In this document: positions 56,436 through 60,827 of the stretch, piece after piece | Layout of the letters: each line of letters begins with the position of its first letter | Numbering within the stretch: the first letter of the stretch is position 1 | From: a bacterium | GTDB lineage: Bacteria > Bacillota > Clostridia > Christensenellales > Aristaeellaceae | Direction of reading: 5' to 3' | DNA length: 60,827 bases | Assembly (NCBI GenBank): GCA_963656345.1 | Contig: CAVKHY010000001.1 | Location: 1 to 60,827 of the forward strand | Made by a program: the position numbers and the translations under genes | Notes under the pieces: model-generated | The model's input: the letters and a program-made list of their open reading frames with translations, nothing else | What the model was told of the DNA's origin: nothing | Databases searched by the model: none

Positions 56436-56466
56436 ATTATAATCTCCTTGACAAGGAATTGTCAAG
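56436..56466 (-). promoter_or_regulatory. Candidate promoter of the reductase gene with an overlapping palindrome
   Basis: The minus strand reads TTGACA-attcct-TGTCAA-ggagat-TATAAT, giving a -35 box, 18-nt spacer and -10 box. The inverted repeat CTTGACA N6 TGTCAAG spans 56447-56466. Confidence 0.5.
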
Positions 56467-56514
56467 CGTATCTTTCCTGCTTTCCATATCGTCGAGAAAT
56501 TGTCAGGTTGCCTA

Positions 56515-56543
56515 TTGCAAAATTCATGGGAATTGGGTAAAAT
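56515..56543 (+). promoter_or_regulatory. Candidate gap promoter (TTGCAA-17-TAAAAT)
   Basis: Hexamers at 56515-56520 and 56538-56543, about 50 nt upstream of the gap ATG. Confidence 0.5.
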
Positions 56544-56596
56544 AGTGAGTGGGAATTCCAGATGTTTTCTCGTGATGATTTAAGGAGGTTTTTCCA

Positions 56597-57628
56597 ATGG
56601 CAGTGAAAGTTGCTATCAATGGTTTCGGCCGCATTGGCCGTCTGGCTTTCCGTCAGATGTTCGGCGCTGAGGGCTATGAAGTGGTTGCTATCAACGACTT
56701 GACCTCTCCCGCCATGCTGGCTCACCTGCTGAAGTATGATACCGCTCAGGGCTCCTACTGCGGTCGCATCGGTGAGAATAAGCACACCGTGTCCGCTACC
56801 GAGGATTCCATCGTGGTGGACGGCAAGGAAATCAAGATCTATGCCGTGAAGGACGCTAACGAGTGCCCCTGGGGCAAGCTGGATGTAGACGTCGTGCTGG
56901 AGTGCACCGGCTTCTACACCTCCAAGGACAAGGCCATGGCGCACATCAACGCCGGTGCTAAGAAGGTCGTTATCTCCGCTCCTGCCGGCAATGACCTGAA
57001 GACCATCGTGTACAACGTGAACAACAACACCCTGACCGCTGATGACCAGATCATCTCCGCTGCCAGCTGCACCACCAACTGCCTGGCTCCCATGGCCAAG
57101 GCTCTGAACGATGCATATCCTGTGCAGAGCGGCATCATGACCACCGTGCATGCTTACACCGGTGACCAGATGATCCTGGACGGTCCTCAGCGCAAGGGCG
57201 ACCTGCGTCGTGCCCGCGCCGGCGCACAGAACATTGTGCCTAACTCCACCGGTGCTGCTAAGGCCATCGGCCTGGTTATCCCTGAACTGAACGGCAAGCT
57301 GATCGGTTCCGCTCAGCGCGTGCCTGTTCCCACCGGCTCCACCACCATCCTGGTGGCTGTTGTGAAGGGCAAGGACGTGACCAAGGATTCCGTGAACGCC
57401 GCCATGAAGGCTCAGGCTTCCGAGTCCTTCGGCTACAACGAGGAGCAGATCGTTTCTTCTGACGTGATCGGCATGAAGTACGGCTCCCTGTTCGATGCTA
57501 CCCAGACCATGGTTGCTAAGCTGGACGACGATACCTATCAGGTGCAGGTTGTGTCCTGGTACGACAACGAGAACAGCTACACCAGCCAGATGGTTCGCAC
57601 CATCAAGTACTTCGCTGAGCTGAAGTAA
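56597..57628 (+). CDS. gap: Type I glyceraldehyde-3-phosphate dehydrogenase
   Basis: [15 protein letters not shown] and active site SCTTNCLAP. 343 aa. AAGGAGG RBS. Confidence 0.95.
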   Translation: MAVKVAINGFGRIGRLAFRQMFGAEGYEVVAINDLTSPAMLAHLLKYDTAQGSYCGRIGENKHTVSATEDSIVVDGKEIKIYAVKDANECPWGKLDVDVVLECTGFYTSKDKAMAHINAGAKKVVISAPAGNDLKTIVYNVNNNTLTADDQIISAASCTTNCLAPMAKALNDAYPVQSGIMTTVHAYTGDQMILDGPQRKGDLRRARAGAQNIVPNSTGAAKAIGLVIPELNGKLIGSAQRVPVPTGSTTILVAVVKGKDVTKDSVNAAMKAQASESFGYNEEQIVSSDVIGMKYGSLFDATQTMVAKLDDDTYQVQVVSWYDNENSYTSQMVRTIKYFAELK

Positions 57629-57645
57629 TTTTCTGATGTGCTTTG

Positions 57646-57678
57646 CTCCCTCTTCCGTGTGGAAGGGGGAGTTTTTTA
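57646..57678 (+). terminator. Intrinsic terminator after gap
   Basis: Stem CTCCCTCTTCC / GGAAGGGGGAG followed by TTTTTT. Confidence 0.75.
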
Positions 57679-57743
57679 TTCCAGTGATGATTGAAAGACA
57701 ATGCTATCATTCTTCGGGGCAATCTTTCTTCCTATCGAAATCC

Positions 57744-57772
57744 TTTACCGAGGCTTTCACTCGTGCTATACT
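57744..57772 (+). promoter_or_regulatory. Candidate promoter (TTTACC-17-TATACT with TGn)
   Basis: TTTACC at 57744-57749 and TGcTATACT ending at 57772, directly upstream of the GluQRS-like gene. Confidence 0.45.
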
Positions 57773-57796
57773 GGAGGCGAGAGGAGATGCTGCCCT

Positions 57797-58717
57797 TTGT
57801 CCAAGCCTGTGATTGGCCGGTTTGCCCCTACGCCCAGCGGACGGCTGCATTTGGGCAACGTGCTCTGCGCCATGCTGGCGTATCTGTCCGCACGCAGCCA
57901 GGGCGGACGGTTTCTCCTTCGCATAGAAGATCTGGATATACCCAGATGCCCGGCAGCACTCAGCAGAGCTGCCGTGGAGGACTTAACAGCCTTGGGCTTT
58001 ACCTGGGACGAACCGCCCCTTTATCAAAGTCAGCGAAGCGAAACCTATCGACGAGCCCTGCAATATTTAACAGAGCAGGGATACACCTATCCCTGCTTCT
58101 GCACCCGGGCACAGCTGATGGCCAGCGTGGCACCCAATTTGGGGGACACGGTGGTGGTCTACCCCGGCACATGCCGGAACCTGACCAAGGCAGAAGCAGC
58201 AGAAAAGGCCAAGACAAGAACACCGGCGATTCGCCTGCGTGTCCCGGATGAGGAGATGACCTTTACCGACAGGCTGTATGGTATGCAGACAGAAAATCTG
58301 GCACGGGATTGTGGAGATTTCATCCTTCAGCGTTCCGATGGGCTGTACGGCTATCAGTTGGCGGTGGTGGTGGATGACGCTCTATCCGGGGTGACGGAGG
58401 TAGTTCGCGGACGGGATATTCTTTCCGCCACACCCCGGCAAATGTATCTCCAGCGCCTGCTGGGCTATGATACACCCTCCTATCTTCATATTCCCCTGCT
58501 GATGGATGGCGAGGGGCGCCGATTGGCCAAACGAGATCGGGATATGGATATGACGGCACTGCTGAAGCGGTTCACCCCGGAAGAAATCCTGGGGCGGCTG
58601 GCCTATGCAGCCGGACTGCAGCAGGAAATCAGGCCTGCGACATTGGAAGCATTGATTCCAATGTATGACCAGGCAAAACTGCCCAAGGACGATTTGCGGC
58701 TGAAAGGGTTTGATTAA
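57797..58717 (+). CDS. gluQ: Glutamyl-Q tRNA(Asp) synthetase-like (truncated GluRS paralogue, no anticodon-binding domain)
   Basis: IGRFAPTPSGRLHLGN is the HIGH motif and RLAKRD is KMSKS-like. No in-frame ATG lies near the domain start. TTG 57797 sits 10 nt after GAGAGGAG; GTG 57809 is the alternative. The track start at 57701 is unlikely. Confidence 0.75.
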   Translation: MSKPVIGRFAPTPSGRLHLGNVLCAMLAYLSARSQGGRFLLRIEDLDIPRCPAALSRAAVEDLTALGFTWDEPPLYQSQRSETYRRALQYLTEQGYTYPCFCTRAQLMASVAPNLGDTVVVYPGTCRNLTKAEAAEKAKTRTPAIRLRVPDEEMTFTDRLYGMQTENLARDCGDFILQRSDGLYGYQLAVVVDDALSGVTEVVRGRDILSATPRQMYLQRLLGYDTPSYLHIPLLMDGEGRRLAKRDRDMDMTALLKRFTPEEILGRLAYAAGLQQEIRPATLEALIPMYDQAKLPKDDLRLKGFD

Positions 58718-58863
58718 ACGTGCAAAGCACCCGCTACCTTTTCAGCATCTTCCTTTTTGCTCTTCGAAATGTTATAATATCTTCGTTCAGCATCTCCGGG
58801 ATGCTGGCACCATGTTGTTTCGTTGAATGAGGTGGATGATAGATTCCATCAAGGAGGAAATTC

Positions 58864-59793
58864 ATGAAGCGTATTGTATGCCTGATGATGTCCCTGGTGC
58901 TGCTTCTGACCATGGCCGGAACGGCTTTGGCAGACACACCCAAGCCTATTGAAACCATCCCTTATGATGAGCTGCCTGCTACCATTGATGGACAGCACCA
59001 TTTTCTGCTGCTATGTGTGGATCAGTGGCATGGCAAGCCCGGCAACCTGGGCAACACGGACGGCATCGTGCTGGTCACCCTGGATACCAGAGCCCATCGT
59101 GTCATGTTGACTTCCTTTATTCGGGATGCCCTTGTGGTGCGGCCGGACGGACACATTGGCCGAATTAACTACATTGCCAAGAATTATAGCCCGGAGGATC
59201 TCTGCCAGGTTATCAGCACCCATATCGGCGTGAAGGTGGAGAAGTACATCCTCTTTGACTTCAGCCAGATCCAGACCATTATCGACTTCCTCGGCGGCGT
59301 GGATATTACCGTGAATTCCGAGGAAGCCAGCTATTTGAAGCGCTATGCCATCAGCTCCACGTCCACGACGCCCTCCATGGCCGGGGCAGGTACGTACCGC
59401 TTCGGCGGCCATGCGGCGGTGATTTACATGCGCATCCGGAAGGCCGGCGGCGGCGGCGATTTCATGCGCACCCAGCGGGTTCGTACCGTGCTGTCCACCT
59501 TGGCGGATCAGTGCCGGGAAATCAGTTGGGATGAAGCTTTGTCCCTGGTGGATAACGTGATGGCCAACACCACCATGACGAATATGAACCTGGAAGAAAT
59601 GCAGCAGGCTGCATCCTATGCCTACGACTTGCGGGGCTGCACGGTGGAGGAACTGCGCATTCCCATTGACGGGGCTGCGACCCCCATCAACTATGCGGCC
59701 ATGGCTGTGCAGGAAATTGACTGGCCGGCCTGCCGGGAAGCCATGCAGAATTATCTGCAGAGCAGCTTCCTGGTGCTGGATGATGAAGATTAA
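58864..59793 (+). CDS. LytR-CpsA-Psr (LCP) family protein
   Basis: AAGGAGGA RBS. Signal/anchor MKRIVCLMMSLVLLLTMAGTALA. LCP core is NTDGIVLVTLDTRAHRVMLTSFIRD...GGVDITV. Confidence 0.85.
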   Translation: MKRIVCLMMSLVLLLTMAGTALADTPKPIETIPYDELPATIDGQHHFLLLCVDQWHGKPGNLGNTDGIVLVTLDTRAHRVMLTSFIRDALVVRPDGHIGRINYIAKNYSPEDLCQVISTHIGVKVEKYILFDFSQIQTIIDFLGGVDITVNSEEASYLKRYAISSTSTTPSMAGAGTYRFGGHAAVIYMRIRKAGGGGDFMRTQRVRTVLSTLADQCREISWDEALSLVDNVMANTTMTNMNLEEMQQAASYAYDLRGCTVEELRIPIDGAATPINYAAMAVQEIDWPACREAMQNYLQSSFLVLDDED

Positions 59794-59819
59794 ATTGATC
59801 GGTAAACGAGGAAGAATGC

Positions 59820-60827
59820 ATGAAGTGTCCCCAATGCGGTAAGTGGAATCGGGCTTCCTTTCCTACCTGCCAGTACTGTGGCGCCGAGCTGCCTCAGGAA
59901 GGCAAGCAGGAGGAACCCAGCTGGCGGGCCACCTTGAAGGATGACCAGCGAAACAACGCTTATATCCGGGTGGATGAGGACGGCAATGCGGAAACCGCCC
60001 CGGATCGGCGTGACGTGCTGGCTCGGGAAATGTCCGAATTAAAGGTGCGGAAGGCGGAAGGCCGGGAAAAGCAGCGGCAGCTACGGGCAGAAGGCGCCAA
60101 GCGAGGCGCAGCTCCTTCCGGCATGAATGTGCGCAGCCACACGTCCCATGACGATTTCTGGCAAGTGGCAGACGACCCGAAGGCCACCGTCCGTATTCGC
60201 AGGCTGGATGATGAAGCAGCAGACGGCGGGCAGTTCAACGCCACACAGACCCATCGCATTATGCCTGTTGGCAATGATCTGGAGGGCGGCCGTTCCTTTG
60301 ACCCGATGTGGGGGGACGAGGATGAATTCGTCGCTACCCATCAAATGCCGCCCATTCAGGCAACCCGGAACTTTACGGCTAAGCTGCCCAACCGGCGGAG
60401 AGGTACCCGGCATCTGATGCGTGCCCTGATGATTATCCTCATTGCAGGATTAGCCGGGTTGGCTTCCTTCTTCGGCTATCACTTTTTCAAGAACCGTCAG
60501 GAGACCATCAAGGAGCAGAACGCCGCCACGGTGGTGGCTTCCATTAAGAACGACTTGGCTGCTCATACCATTATGATTCCCGGAGAGGACGGCACCCAAA
60601 TTTACATCCGGGAGCTGCATACCTCCTACATTGTCACCGGCGGCTTTGCTACGGTGGAGGTGGAGGATCATACCTGGTATGATGATAAGACGGATTATCT
60701 GGATGCAACCATGGAAGTTACTCTGACCCCTTTCGTGAAAACCACCTCCGGGCAGCAGAAGCCGCTGGATCCCATTACCTATGAGATCGATATTCCTTTG
60801 TCGCCCATTGAGCTGCTGACTCCGGAC
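59820..60827 (+). CDS. Zinc-ribbon, single-pass membrane protein with extracytoplasmic domain (3' end outside window)
   Basis: My own translation from ATG 59820 gives 336 codons with no stop up to the window edge. N-terminus MKCPQCGKWNRASFPTCQYCGAEL. TM segment ALMIILIAGLAGLASFFGYHFF. It is absent from the ORF track because it has no stop codon. Confidence 0.65.
   Translation, partial: MKCPQCGKWNRASFPTCQYCGAELPQEGKQEEPSWRATLKDDQRNNAYIRVDEDGNAETAPDRRDVLAREMSELKVRKAEGREKQRQLRAEGAKRGAAPSGMNVRSHTSHDDFWQVADDPKATVRIRRLDDEAADGGQFNATQTHRIMPVGNDLEGGRSFDPMWGDEDEFVATHQMPPIQATRNFTAKLPNRRRGTRHLMRALMIILIAGLAGLASFFGYHFFKNRQETIKEQNAATVVASIKNDLAAHTIMIPGEDGTQIYIRELHTSYIVTGGFATVEVEDHTWYDDKTDYLDATMEVTLTPFVKTTSGQQKPLDPITYEIDIPLSPIELLTPD

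Noticed and set aside
57691-58251. 186-aa ORF starting upstream of the well-placed ATG 57787
   Set aside because: It overlaps the GluQRS-like catalytic domain in another frame. The translation is Arg/Pro/Gly-rich with no motifs.

Overview
GC-rich chromosomal segment. Gene content looks like Clostridia/Oscillospiraceae (inference only). It is densely coding: about 56 CDS, most with GGAGG-type ribosome-binding sites, many coupled by ATGA or TAATG overlaps, and with clear intrinsic terminators. I saw no rRNA, tRNA, CRISPR array, transposase or prophage genes. Housekeeping genes present are secA, prfB, tsaD, rph-rdgB fusion, nadE, efp, gap, deoC, dnaB/dnaI-like loaders and ybaK-like. They are interleaved with cell-envelope modules. 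(1) 19-6681: a sigma-70/ECF-type sigma factor, three tandem VanY/M15B D,D-carboxypeptidase paralogues (the middle one has lost two Zn ligands), and a 1095-aa secreted protein with nine SH3b repeats, a PG-binding domain and an unassigned C-terminal domain. (2) 6825-16438, convergent: a tight 10-gene operon joining an Opp/Dpp-type ABC importer to murQ, an esterase, a small membrane protein, a BadF-type sugar kinase and anmK. I read this as a MurNAc/anhydro-MurNAc salvage route with an unusual transporter, and it is my best candidate for an undescribed system. (3) 45147-49182: a CXXC microprotein, a NapH-like polyferredoxin and a TlpA-like thioredoxin, next to a divergent two-component system. 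(4) A secreted FMN_bind-FAD reductase. Its promoter carries the same TTGACA-N6-TGTCAA palindrome as the MurNAc operon promoter. Other points: a DUF2130 protein behind a TGCA[C/T] array, an orphan structured intergenic region, several repeat or degenerate proteins, and a MarR-ABC exporter unit with a textbook operator. Note that the ORF track renders GTG/TTG starts as M and omits the open-ended CDS at the 3' edge. All functional calls come from motif recognition by eye, not from database searches.
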